DNA of 64,000 bases from Kiritimatiellia bacterium (GTDB taxonomy: Bacteria > Verrucomicrobiota > Kiritimatiellia > RFP12 > UBA1067): NCBI GenBank assembly GCA_050949565.1, contig JBMNFY010000001.1, positions 128,001 through 192,000 of the forward strand, in the 5' to 3' direction. Below the pieces are notes generated by a model, which had not been told where the DNA came from, ran no database searches, and saw only the letters and a list, made by a program, of their open reading frames with translations. The position numbers and the translations under genes are program-made. This document shows positions 41,601 to 50,451 of the stretch, in pieces (position 1 is the stretch's first letter; each line of letters starts with the position of its first letter).

Positions 41601-41880
41601 AAAGCAGGATGCCGTCGGCGTTGCCATGCTCCCATCTGCCCTTGGTCGACTGAAAGGTCAGGCACTGCTCTGAACTGACGTTCGCGTCCGCAAGTGTGAC
41701 GACCGTGTTGCCGTTGGTGAAGTTGACGAGAAAGCCGTCCCAGATCGTTCCGGTCACACCGGCCGTCAGAAAGTTGTGTGCCGTGTCGAAGCCGTCACAG
41801 ACGAGCGTGGCGTTCGCGTTCATGCAGATCGCCGCGATAACCGCAGTCAAGCACCGACGTGTAACAATATCCATTTTCAT
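38614..41880 (-). CDS. Large secreted protein with LamG/ConA-like domains and autotransporter-associated beta-strand repeats
   Basis: Signal peptide, LIKSGAGSLIL..TN.Y.G.T.V and KIGSGSLALSG.N...GGTTV repeats, LamG motif WHHIAVTWDG...YVDG. Ends SRGLLFILK. No beta-barrel is evident. Confidence 0.85.
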   Translation of the reverse strand: MKMDIVTRRCLTAVIAAICMNANATLVCDGFDTAHNFLTAGVTGTIWDGFLVNFTNGNTVVTLADANVSSEQCLTFQSTKGRWEHGNADGILLFKMAAGDFDAQVRVVSMNNVQWHDAGLMARVPEPDDAGPGEDWVTIKHAAFSNQNGHRSVDNSVTSTKEAAGLQPWLRLVRSGNLFTTYRSQDGVTWTLVGESVRNDMDGLAVQVGIWHATFSDNSGTAVFDNFTLRSPTIWLSATNSSWASAADWSLGVPSGQGDWAILPSNFVGSAAITLDGDRLLGRLAIDSPALYSIDPGALTPDATLALDDTAAGAPTQPSIAVLRGNHAINVPVVLSNGVNASVSLNTGLTLNKSVYGTGSLIKSGAGSLILASTNRYDGDTVVNGGLLKLVPLPDGTQAYYTFDDPNHLGADSSARDNHLVAGTGSPTYSDAGVFGGALYVNGSSTLIRQTFPAGVPTGSTPYTIALWMRDDGSPNTGGFCGWGNNANNQCNNLRLAGAHGLKNYWYANDFEVSGLSTNLKDGEWHHIAVTWDGLTQTMYVDGVPVRTTSRTGLNAQGINFVVGKTTSDVGFKGYIDNLLIADRAFTAAGIVAIMQTLMHSGSNGLLPPEGALHLATGGVLDLNGADQSFSSLNGVGRVMNSSPAAVTLTVGSGNTDCTFGGTIDGPVTLAKIGSGSLALSGINGHQGGTTVAAGTLVLTSPSIESLLATSHAWFDAADSATLTTNAAGQVTLWANKGAAGAALDAEQIVPGAGPTVTQNALNGLPVLSVDGTTSLKTKTNLGIAGAANRTLFAVGNRRNNSSNFIAHVGGNTDRTAFGLASQRELFFAYTWGPKNDMTFPARPNGVAELYDFVIDNGTATATVIGPDTFLSKSITLTPNTTDTPMTLGSRFTATCWGDVAEVILFNRALTPPEMMGVSAYLRAKWLISGAQPMLSAGNFDVAAGAFVDLDETAQTITNLSGDGCVSNGTLTVNGLLTPGGIDTLGTLTLATDTVLDGATLLFDATPDGACDRLVVQGSLSFVQATLTFQNEEALVPGKRYLIATFPPGMLSGSLTPIFTTANKWTLSANAETGELSLISRGLLFILK

Positions 41881-42015
41881 CCTTACGCCTCCATCACCAC
41901 GACCACTCCCGTGAGGGTCTTCTAGCTAGTGATTAGCTTCTTCACCCGTTTCACACACCGCCAAGCATAGAAAAAATATGCCTTTCATGCCACATTTTTA
42001 TGTTCTCGGGCAGGA

Positions 42016-43455
42016 TTAGTTTTCACCCGACGCCAGCCACGCGCGGATTCCCTCCAACAAGGCTTCGGCCACGCGGCGCTGCTGTTCGGGGCGTTGGATC
42101 GCCTCTTCTCCCTCGGGGCAGTTGATGAAGTCCAACTCAAGCAAGCAGGAGGGAATCGCCGGGTTACGGCAGACGGCGAAGCTCGCGGCCATCACGCCGC
42201 GGTCGGCGATTGGCGTCACGGCGGCGAGTTTGGGGTGGAGCGCGCGCGCCAGTTGCAGGCCGATCGCATTCCACGCATAGGTGGAGATGTGACGCACGTT
42301 GCGCGGATCGGTGTGCGCGGCTGTCGCGTTGTGATGCACTGAGATGAAGGCGTCGGCCTTGGCGCGGTAGGCGATACGCACGCGCTCGTAAAGATCGACA
42401 TCAACATCGCTGTCGCGTGTCATGAGCACGCGGAAACCGGCGCGTTCAAGGACCTCGCGCATCAGGCGGGCCTGCGTCAGATTGACCTCTTTCTCGGTCA
42501 CGCCGGTGGGACCGATCGCACCGGTGGAAGGGCCGCCGTGGCCGGGGTCCAGCACGATCAGAATCTCGGCGGGTGGACGGCCGGTCGGCGGGCGCATGGC
42601 GAAGCCGGCGGTCAGGTCAGGCGGGACGAGATCCCGCGGCGGCAGCGGGACATCTGGCGCCGCGGCGAGATGGCCGCTGTCGGTGAAGCATCGCTTGCCT
42701 TCCAACCAGAAGCGGGTATGCCCCCCGACAAAACCGGCACCCTGCACATGCAGGCCGGGCGTCAGGAAGGCGGCGGTATCGCCCCCGCCCGGTTCTGTAC
42801 GGGCGCGCGCGGCAAAGAGCGGTCCGGTCACCGTATGCGCGGGCCACGCCGCACACGCAGTGATCGAGGCGGCTGGGGCATCCGCGAGGCCGTCCGCATA
42901 GAAAACCACCGGCACGTCCTCGGTCGGAGCGGGGAAGGAGATCGTCGCAGTATAACGGGAGGGGGTCGCGCCATCAGGCACCAAGGGCACCGTGCGCTCG
43001 CCGACGGCAGCAAAGACCTGGCGGCCGGCTGGAGCGCGGCAGACGAGGCGCACGTTTTCGCCGGTATAGACGCCGAGCGGCTGCACCGGTTCGAGCGCAC
43101 GCAGACCGACCTCGTCATCAGGACGAGCGGCGGAATCAGGCGTACGGAACGTGTGGCGAAGCTCAGTGGCACCGGCACGCAGGACGACCGTATTGGTGCC
43201 GGGAACGACCTTGACCATACAGATAAAGCCGCCGGTACGCCACGGGGTCACGGTTTGCGCGTTGACCGTCAGCGGCGTGTCAGGCGGTGTGACAGAACCG
43301 ATCAGATAGGTTTGCGAGGAGGTTGACACCCATGCGCCTGACGCTGGAAACACGACACGCACCGAAGGCTTCGCATCCGAAGCAAACAGGGAAAAACCGC
43401 TTGCGAACAGGACGCAGAACCCGACCCGACAGCAAAAGAAACTACGTCTAATCAT
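42016..43455 (-). CDS. N-acetylmuramoyl-L-alanine amidase (Amidase_3)
   Basis: IVLDPGHGG, EKEVNL, MTRDSD, FISVHHNA and PSCLLELDFI motifs. Signal peptide. Confidence 0.93.
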   Translation of the reverse strand: MIRRSFFCCRVGFCVLFASGFSLFASDAKPSVRVVFPASGAWVSTSSQTYLIGSVTPPDTPLTVNAQTVTPWRTGGFICMVKVVPGTNTVVLRAGATELRHTFRTPDSAARPDDEVGLRALEPVQPLGVYTGENVRLVCRAPAGRQVFAAVGERTVPLVPDGATPSRYTATISFPAPTEDVPVVFYADGLADAPAASITACAAWPAHTVTGPLFAARARTEPGGGDTAAFLTPGLHVQGAGFVGGHTRFWLEGKRCFTDSGHLAAAPDVPLPPRDLVPPDLTAGFAMRPPTGRPPAEILIVLDPGHGGPSTGAIGPTGVTEKEVNLTQARLMREVLERAGFRVLMTRDSDVDVDLYERVRIAYRAKADAFISVHHNATAAHTDPRNVRHISTYAWNAIGLQLARALHPKLAAVTPIADRGVMAASFAVCRNPAIPSCLLELDFINCPEGEEAIQRPEQQRRVAEALLEGIRAWLASGEN

Positions 43456-43676
43456 GGACGCAGTTTACGACAGAAGTGCGCCCGGTGGCAATAGCATTAG
43501 TGCGAGTGTAAAAGTAGTGGTGTGAATGCCGCCGCGTAAGTAGATGCAAAAACTGAAACGGGCACGCGTAGTTATATTATTTTTTAATATTTTTTTAAAT
43601 ACTTTTTCGCGTCGCAGATGTGCTATGTTACTGTCGTACAGTGACGGGTAGGCGTTAGTCAACAAGGAGCGAACTG

Positions 43677-45450
43677 ATGAGAATCACAAAGACAACGAAG
43701 AAGGTATCGCGGATGAGTTGGGGCGCCCTGATCGCAGGTGTGTTGTGCGCAGGTATGTTCGTGGCAGAGGCCGCCACACCGCCTGTAACAGACGGGCTCT
43801 TTTTGCATCTCAACGGTTCAAGTGCCGTCGTGGACAGCCAGGGGCGCGTCGGCACTTGGACGAATCTGGTAGCGGGAGCAGGCGTCTCAGGAGACCTTAC
43901 GCAGCCTACTGACTGGAGGAAACCAACCTTGAGCGTGGCCGTCAACGGCTTGCGCACACTGAAGTTCAACCGTCTGGCAGGCCAGCATCTCTTTGTCGCG
44001 GGGGATCCAGTGTGGAATCGGGATTCAGGCTCCGAATGGACGACGTTTGTTGCCTTCGCGCCGAGTTCGATCAGTACAACTGATGCGGCGCGTGACCTGT
44101 TCTGCGCCGGTTACCAAAATTTTGACGGAAGCGCCAATAATTTAGGGAACGCCGCAACGGCTCTACGGATTTTCCTTCGCGCGGTGAATGGAGGGAGGTA
44201 CGTCACGACGCAGGGACGAACTTCCTCTGGTACTTTCTTGTGGTCACAAGTCAACGCCGACCACATGGCTGTCGGCAAGTGGGAGATTGCGTGCGGTCGC
44301 TGGAGTTCCTCCGCGAAAACGATTACGATGGATCGCACCAACCGCGTTTACGCAGTCGGCGCGAAAAGTTCAAATCAATCGATAACGGATCGTTTAGCAA
44401 ACCACATCTACACGACTATCGGTGCTGAGATAAACCACTCTGGTGGGGCGGGAAATTACTACGATGGCGAGATTGCCGAAGTACTCGTCTATCGGCGTGC
44501 GCTGTCGGACGCAGAAACCGCTCAAGTCCAGGATTGGCTGGCGGAGCGCTACGTCCGTTGCGTCATCGGTCCCTATGAAAACGACCTCGCGCTGCATTGC
44601 CGCATGGATGATAAAGACGCGCGGCGCGGCACGACCAGTCCGCCGCCGGCTTTATCAACGGCGGACGGCGACTGGACGGTGCGCAGCACGACGAACAACC
44701 ATGCGTTCACGGCATCCGGCTCGCGCGGCGCTGTCGTCTCCAGTGCAACAGGTATGATCGGCGAGTGCGTCTCGTTTGAAGGAGTGGCGGGGACAGGGGC
44801 GGCACCTTACCGAGCTTTGACGATCCCCAATGCCTCCGCCACGGCACTGGAGCCAGGCGCGGGAAACTTCACCGTCTCGCTCTGGTTCAATGCGCGGAAT
44901 GCCGTCACCAACACCGCCGCCATCACGTTGGCCGCACACGGGAATCTATACTCCGGTAACAAAGGATGGGCCATTTTTTTCGGGACATCCAATCGAGAAC
45001 TGCCAGGAGGCTATTATGAGCCTGCCAGCAACATTACTTGGCGCGTGTGTACCTCCGGCCCCGCTTCTGGCGGCTCGCAAGATGAGGTTTGCAAAGCTGT
45101 TGTCTGGCTTGCGGATGCAGACGGCATCCCGGAGAACGGTGTCTGGCGTCACGTGGCGCTCGTCGTGGATCGGGACGACAAGCAACTCTGCGCCTATCTT
45201 GACGGCACCCTTCGCGGCGTGCGCGTGATCGTCGATGAGGCGGCGATTGAGTCGGGGGGGGCAAGATCTGGTCGTCGGCGGGCGTCCGACGGTAGATGCC
45301 AGACATTCGTATGACGGTCTGATCGACGACTTCGCCATCTGGCACCGGGCGTTGAGCCGTGACGAGATCGCCTGCATCTATGAGCTGGGTTGCGCGAACC
45401 AGAGTTTCCTCAAGCGTCCGTCCGGCGGCACCTGCATCACCATCCGCTAA
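43677..45450 (+). pseudogene. Secreted tandem LamG/ConA-like protein, frameshifted at a G8 tract (45254-45261)
   Basis: YDGEIAEVLVYRRALS and WRHVALVVDR motifs. With G7 the frame continues SGGQDLVVGG...YDGLIDDFAIWHRALSRDEI...GGTCITIR*. Confidence 0.85.
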
Positions 45451-45462
45451 GGAGTTTGAAAC

Positions 45463-46905
45463 ATGTTGAGAAAGAGCCGCCTCACGGCTGTTGTTTTATT
45501 GTCGACTGTACGGTGCCTCGCGGTGGGCCTGCCTGAGGGCGAACGGCTTTTCGAGGGGACGCACCCTGCCGTTTCGCCAGACGGGCGGCGCATCGCGTTC
45601 CAGTGTGAACGCGAGGGGAAACTCGATCTCGGTGTGTACGACTGCGCGAGCAAGCAGATCGTTTGGGTGGACGCACGGCCCGGCAACGCCTGCTTTCCGG
45701 CTTGGGGCCGCGATGGCGCGCTCGTCTATGCGTACGGGCACCCCACGAACACTGCCTACCAGATGATGAAACGGGGAGCGTATGACGGTTATCATGTGTG
45801 GCGGTGGCGTGAAGGGACGCCTCTTGAACAACTGACTTCCGGCTCGGTGCGCGACTACACGCCGTCGGTCGATCCGGTGCGGGGTACTGTCTACTTCGCT
45901 TCTACGCGGGATGTGCCGACGAGGTTTGAGGACGGGTGTACGCGCGTGGGGCTGTGGCGGCTGGGAGTGGCGGGACAACCTGAATGTGTTGTTCCCGCCG
46001 CATCCAATGAAACCGGTCTAACGCAACCTGTCGTTTCGCCGGACGGACGCTTCCTTGCGTGGTCGGAGGTACGCGGCTTCGCCCAACTGTGGATTCTGCG
46101 CGCGGCGCGTCTTGCGGAGCCGTCACGCAGTTGCGTGCTGACGCCGAACAAGATGATCGCGTATGCGCCCGTTTGGTCGCCGGACGGACGCCACCTCGCG
46201 TGTACGGGTTTCCGTGTGGGCGATCCCTCGTGGTGCATCTACCTCGTCGAACCGAAGTCGGGGGCGTTCGCGCGCGTAGCAGAGGGCGAGAACCCGAGCT
46301 GGATGCCGGATGGGCGCACACTCGTTTTTGACCGCGATGGCGTGGTGTGTCGGCTTGAACTGGCGGATGATGTCTGGCCGAAAACTCTGCCCGCGTGCGC
46401 GGCTACTGAGACGCAACCCGCACGGAGCTTCCGCCCATTCACTGGCGGCACGAATCTGATGGATCTCGCATTCGGCCTGACGCCCTGCACGATCCGACTC
46501 TCTGGGACAGTCCCTGCGGGCAGTGATGAGTTTGTCCATCTCTTCCGTATCGAATACAAAGAAAGTTTTTTGGGCCTTCAGGTTTATTTGAAGAACGGCA
46601 AGCCCCACTTTGCCACACGGGCGTCGGACACCACATGGCTAGGCATCGAAGGGCACACGAAATTGGTGCCGGGCAAACCTTTCACGATCACGGCCATGCG
46701 GACGTTTGAAGAACTCGTTATGCAGGTGGATGATGGCATGCCCTTACGTTTGCTGTACGGCGGCAAAGAGGATATCCTTTCGCTCGATCATCCCGTGCGC
46801 GTCAGACAGCATCCCGATGTTAAGAGCGTCCATGTTTCGACTGAGCTTCCGCACGCGCTTCTTCCTGTTTCGCGTGCTGAAATCTTTGGTGAGGCAGCCC
46901 CATGA
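45463..46905 (+). CDS. TolB-like PD40 beta-propeller protein with C-terminal ConA-like region
   Basis: HPAVSPDGRRIAF, PVVSPDGRFLAW, PVWSPDGRHLA and PSWMPDGRTLVF repeats. Confidence 0.85.
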   Translation: MLRKSRLTAVVLLSTVRCLAVGLPEGERLFEGTHPAVSPDGRRIAFQCEREGKLDLGVYDCASKQIVWVDARPGNACFPAWGRDGALVYAYGHPTNTAYQMMKRGAYDGYHVWRWREGTPLEQLTSGSVRDYTPSVDPVRGTVYFASTRDVPTRFEDGCTRVGLWRLGVAGQPECVVPAASNETGLTQPVVSPDGRFLAWSEVRGFAQLWILRAARLAEPSRSCVLTPNKMIAYAPVWSPDGRHLACTGFRVGDPSWCIYLVEPKSGAFARVAEGENPSWMPDGRTLVFDRDGVVCRLELADDVWPKTLPACAATETQPARSFRPFTGGTNLMDLAFGLTPCTIRLSGTVPAGSDEFVHLFRIEYKESFLGLQVYLKNGKPHFATRASDTTWLGIEGHTKLVPGKPFTITAMRTFEELVMQVDDGMPLRLLYGGKEDILSLDHPVRVRQHPDVKSVHVSTELPHALLPVSRAEIFGEAAP

Positions 46906-49175
46906 AAAAGATTTTTCTCGTCACTTTCCTTTTGTCTCTTACGGCAGGTGCCTTCGAGCGTCTCGCGCTGGTGGACGGTTTCGACTACGCGAATATTTTT
47001 GACACGGAGACCGCATCGGGCAACCGTCAGGTTCTCGACCATGTACTCCTCACGGGAGCAAACACGATTCTCTGGCGCAACTGCAGCGGCGGTCTTATGC
47101 GCTATCCCAGCGCGGAGGAACGCCTCCCGCTCGCCGCGAATCCGCTCGACATGCGTCGTCTGCCCGACAGCCGCGTGCCGTTCGGTTGGCTGAACTACCA
47201 TTTGGCGCAACCCGACATCATTCGTGACATGATGGATGAATGCGCGAAACGCGGGCTCGCCCGCGGCATCCACTGGCCGTACGAAGAAACGCACTGGTCG
47301 AACTGGACGCTAGGTGCCTGGAATCTCGCGCATCCGCAGTTCTGGGGTGTGACGGCCAACGGGAAGCCGTGGAGTGGACGCACCTCGCTGGCGTTTCCCG
47401 AAGTGCGCGCGCACAAGTTGCGTCTTCTCGACGAGTTGCTGGCGCGCGGCGCAGATATCATCTACATCGATCTCTTTCGCAACGGCGGCTGGGGGCCGCA
47501 GTACGAGTACGTGAAACCGAACATCGAGGCCTGGCGCACACGTCACGGTGGCGAGCTGCCCACGAATCCACGGGACCCCCGTTGGCTGGCGCTTGTCGCA
47601 GAGAGCCAGCATGCGTTCTTCCGCGCAGTTCGCGCCCGGCTCGAAAAACAGCCGCGCAAGGTGCGTCTCATTCTGGGCATCATGAATGCGCGCACGGATG
47701 GCGACAATGTGTACGAATCACGCGCCATCGACTGGCGTCGTCTTACGGACGAGGGTATTCTCGATGGTGTGGCGGTGATGAGTGTGGTGTTCGATCCGAA
47801 GGACGCGTGGAACTCCACACGCGCCATCTACAGAAGCTTTGCGTCCGTGCGCGGAAAGGTACGCGTCTATTTTCCCGTGGCGGCCTACAACTACTCGCAG
47901 GCCGGCATCCCCGCCTATGTGAAAGCCACGGGCGAGAGTCCCGCTCAGGTGGCGAAGCACCTCACGGAACTCGCGCGTGAGTATGGCGATGGCATCGTGA
48001 TGGAGTGTGTCGACTACAAGAACTATCCGCCGGACGTGTGCGCGGCGATGACGAATGAGACGATTCGTGGCGCGGCGCGCGTGCAGGCGCGGGCTGAAAT
48101 TCTTTGGACAAGGCCCATCTGCAAACAACCGGGACGCTATATCGGCTGGCCGACCGTCAGCCGCACGCCGCAGGGCGATATCATGGCCCTCTTTTCGGGC
48201 GATCGCGACGAACATGTATGCCCTTGGGGTAAGGTACAGATGATCTGCTCGACGGACAGCGGCGAAACGTGGTCCGCGCCCACAAACATCTGCAATACAA
48301 TCCTCGACGACCGCGATGCGGGGTTGGCGTGTGCGAAGAACGGCACAATGGTGATGAGTTGGTTCACGTCAATCGTGTACCGCCAGTGGGCCCTGCGCCA
48401 GCCCGAGAAGCTCACGCCGGGCTCGCCGCGCTACTATTGGTGGAAGCACGACGAGAAGATCCCCGCCGCCGAGGAAGCGCGGTGCCTGGGCGCCTTCACG
48501 CGACGTTCGACGGATGGAGGACGCACATGGGAAGCCCCCGTGCGTGTGCCCTGTTCTACGCCGCACGGCCCCGTGCCGCTGGCCGACGGACGCTGGCTCC
48601 TCATGGGTTTGAGCGGCAATCAGCATCTTGCGCTCGGCGGTGTTCCGGGCCGGATCATCGCGGTGGAATCGCGCGACGACGGGCGCTCCTGGCAGGAGAT
48701 CGGTGAGATTCCGTTCCCCAAAACAATCTCTGTTCTCAAACACTGCTGTGAGCCCCATGTGGTGGAGACAAGCGATGGCCGTCTGGTGACGCAGATCCGC
48801 TGCACGAACATGTCCGTCGGCATCCGCGGCTCGCTCCAAAGCGAGAGTGCGGACGGCGGGCGGACATGGACCGAGGCCCGGGATGTCGGGATCAACGGTT
48901 TCCCAGCCCATCTCATCCGGCTTTCAAGCGGCCGCCTGCTCTCCGTGTACGGGCGGCGCTGGGATGATATGGGGCAGTTCGCCTGTCTGAGTGACGACCA
49001 GGGACGCACATGGGATGTCGCCAACGAGATCAAGCTCGTAGGTCACTGGAACGACGACCTCGGCTATCCTTCGTCGACGGAACTTTCCGACGGATCGATT
49101 CTCACGCTCTATTATCAGGCCGATCAGAAAGGCGAGAAAACCTGCCTGATGGCTACCAAGTGGCGGGTACGTTAG
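46902..49175 (+). CDS. Secreted fusion of a GHL10-like TIM barrel and a BNR sialidase-fold domain
   Basis: N-half HPQFW...SLAFPEVR...G.DIIYID. C-half YIGWPTV, Asp-boxes STDSGETW, STDGGRTW, SRDDGRSW, SADGGRTW and SDDQGRTW, and DLGYPSS. Confidence 0.75.
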   Translation: MKKIFLVTFLLSLTAGAFERLALVDGFDYANIFDTETASGNRQVLDHVLLTGANTILWRNCSGGLMRYPSAEERLPLAANPLDMRRLPDSRVPFGWLNYHLAQPDIIRDMMDECAKRGLARGIHWPYEETHWSNWTLGAWNLAHPQFWGVTANGKPWSGRTSLAFPEVRAHKLRLLDELLARGADIIYIDLFRNGGWGPQYEYVKPNIEAWRTRHGGELPTNPRDPRWLALVAESQHAFFRAVRARLEKQPRKVRLILGIMNARTDGDNVYESRAIDWRRLTDEGILDGVAVMSVVFDPKDAWNSTRAIYRSFASVRGKVRVYFPVAAYNYSQAGIPAYVKATGESPAQVAKHLTELAREYGDGIVMECVDYKNYPPDVCAAMTNETIRGAARVQARAEILWTRPICKQPGRYIGWPTVSRTPQGDIMALFSGDRDEHVCPWGKVQMICSTDSGETWSAPTNICNTILDDRDAGLACAKNGTMVMSWFTSIVYRQWALRQPEKLTPGSPRYYWWKHDEKIPAAEEARCLGAFTRRSTDGGRTWEAPVRVPCSTPHGPVPLADGRWLLMGLSGNQHLALGGVPGRIIAVESRDDGRSWQEIGEIPFPKTISVLKHCCEPHVVETSDGRLVTQIRCTNMSVGIRGSLQSESADGGRTWTEARDVGINGFPAHLIRLSSGRLLSVYGRRWDDMGQFACLSDDQGRTWDVANEIKLVGHWNDDLGYPSSTELSDGSILTLYYQADQKGEKTCLMATKWRVR

Positions 49176-49296
49176 TGCGGAATCGGATCGGGGTCGCTGT
49201 GGTGTCGGTCAGAACGAGTTACGGCCACGCGGTGGCTCGCAACGGCGAGTGTAAACCTAAAAAGAGCAGTTGAACCTTCAACTCTCTTTGGTTTCT

Positions 49297-49368
49297 GGTT
49301 TCAAGGTTTCATGATTTCATGGTTTCAAGGTTTCATGGTTTCAAGGTTTCATGGTTTCAAGGTTTCAT
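49297..49368. repeat. 8-bp tandem repeat GGTTTCA(A/T), 9 units, followed by 6-bp ATCGGG repeats
   Basis: Read directly from the sequence. It lies inside the MITE. Confidence 0.9.
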
Positions 49369-49407
49369 CCAAATCGGGATCGGGATCGCTATCGGGATCG
49401 ATTGTTT

Positions 49408-49477
49408 AACCACGGAACACACCGAACACACGGAAAGGCATGGCTCTGTTTCCGTGTGTTTAGTGTGTTCCGTGGTT
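49408..49477. repeat. 70-bp hairpin built from 9-bp microrepeats
   Basis: Arms AACCACGGAACACACCGAACACACGGAAA and its inverse (27/29 match), loop GGCATGGCTCTG. Confidence 0.9.
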
Positions 49478-49630
49478 CCAATCAGAAATTGCGTTCTGCA
49501 CCAAATAGGTGCGGCGCGGATCTCAACGGAAGCCAATGTTTACGGGGCTTTGCTCAAAATCTGCATGCTCAACTGCTCTTTTTAGGGTAAAAGCTAGGCT
49601 CTGCTTTTTGCCGGACGCGTCTGACAAAGC

Positions 49631-49660
49631 AAAAAGGGCATGGCGCGCGTAGCCATGCCC
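49631..49660 (-). terminator. Rho-independent terminator of the EF-hand gene
   Basis: Minus strand GGGCATGGC-TACGCGC-GCCATGCCC-TTTTT. Confidence 0.75.
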
Positions 49661-49698
49661 CGTTATTCACTCTTCGTTATCCGCTATTCGCTTACTCT

Positions 49699-50316
49699 TT
49701 ACTTTTCGGCGGGTGGTGGCGGATTCGGGCGTGGGCGGCCTTGCTCTCTCGCCTTCCTGTGGGCTTCGCGCATGGCTTTGCGCTCTTCATCGTTGAGTTT
49801 GCCGTCGCCGTCCTTGTCGAACTTTTTCATCATCTCTTGAAAGTGCGGGCCGGCGTTCGGGCGGCGCTTCTGCATCTCTTCCATCATGGCCTTGCGTTCT
49901 TCATCGTTGAGTTTACCGTCGCCATCTTTGTCGAATTGTTTTTCGCGTGCCTGGCGGAACTCCTCCCTACGTGCCCTGTTCGCTTCCATCATGGCTTTGC
50001 GCTCTTCATCGTTGAGCTTGCCATCGCCGTCCTTGTCGAACTCCTTTTCGCGCGCTTTGCGGAACTCTTCCATACGCGCCCTGTTCGCCTCCATCATGGC
50101 TTTGCGCTCTTCTTCATTGAGCTTGCCATCGCCGTCCTTGTCGAACTCCTTGATTGCGTCGGCGCGTCTCTCGGCGCGTCGCTCCATGCGCTGTCCAGCG
50201 CGTCTCTCGCCACGTGCAGGAAAACCGCCCGGCCCGTCCGGTTTGGGGGCATTCGCTTGGGCGGAAGCACCGGCCGTTAACAGGGCCAGCAGTGAGGTCA
50301 CATACAGTCGTTTCAT
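49699..50316 (-). CDS. Secreted EF-hand repeat protein
   Basis: Signal peptide and four FDKDGDGKLN[DE]EERKAM units with about 35-aa period. Confidence 0.9.
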   Translation of the reverse strand: MKRLYVTSLLALLTAGASAQANAPKPDGPGGFPARGERRAGQRMERRAERRADAIKEFDKDGDGKLNEEERKAMMEANRARMEEFRKAREKEFDKDGDGKLNDEERKAMMEANRARREEFRQAREKQFDKDGDGKLNDEERKAMMEEMQKRRPNAGPHFQEMMKKFDKDGDGKLNDEERKAMREAHRKAREQGRPRPNPPPPAEK

Positions 50317-50451
50317 TGGGTCTCTCCTTTTCTGTTTACGCCGAAAGGGCGTTGTGCGGGTAAAAACGGTTATGGGAAAAAATTATTGCCGTCGATATTC
50401 ACAACTTCTCAGGGTTTCGGGGTTGACTGCTCTCCCTCTCCCGCATAATGT

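Larger units (their letters stand above)
49256..49586. mobile_element. 331-bp MITE with perfect 18-bp terminal inverted repeats and 5-bp target duplication GTAAA
   Basis: CCTAAAAAGAGCAGTTGA at 49256-49273 and TCAACTGCTCTTTTTAGG at 49569-49586. GTAAA at 49251-49255 and 49587-49591. No transposase inside. Confidence 0.88.

Noticed and set aside
49319-49590. Small ORFs 49319-49585 and 49351-49590, and similarly 14942-15214 and 60853-61038
   Set aside because: They are translations of microrepeat tracts with no RBS or coding signature.
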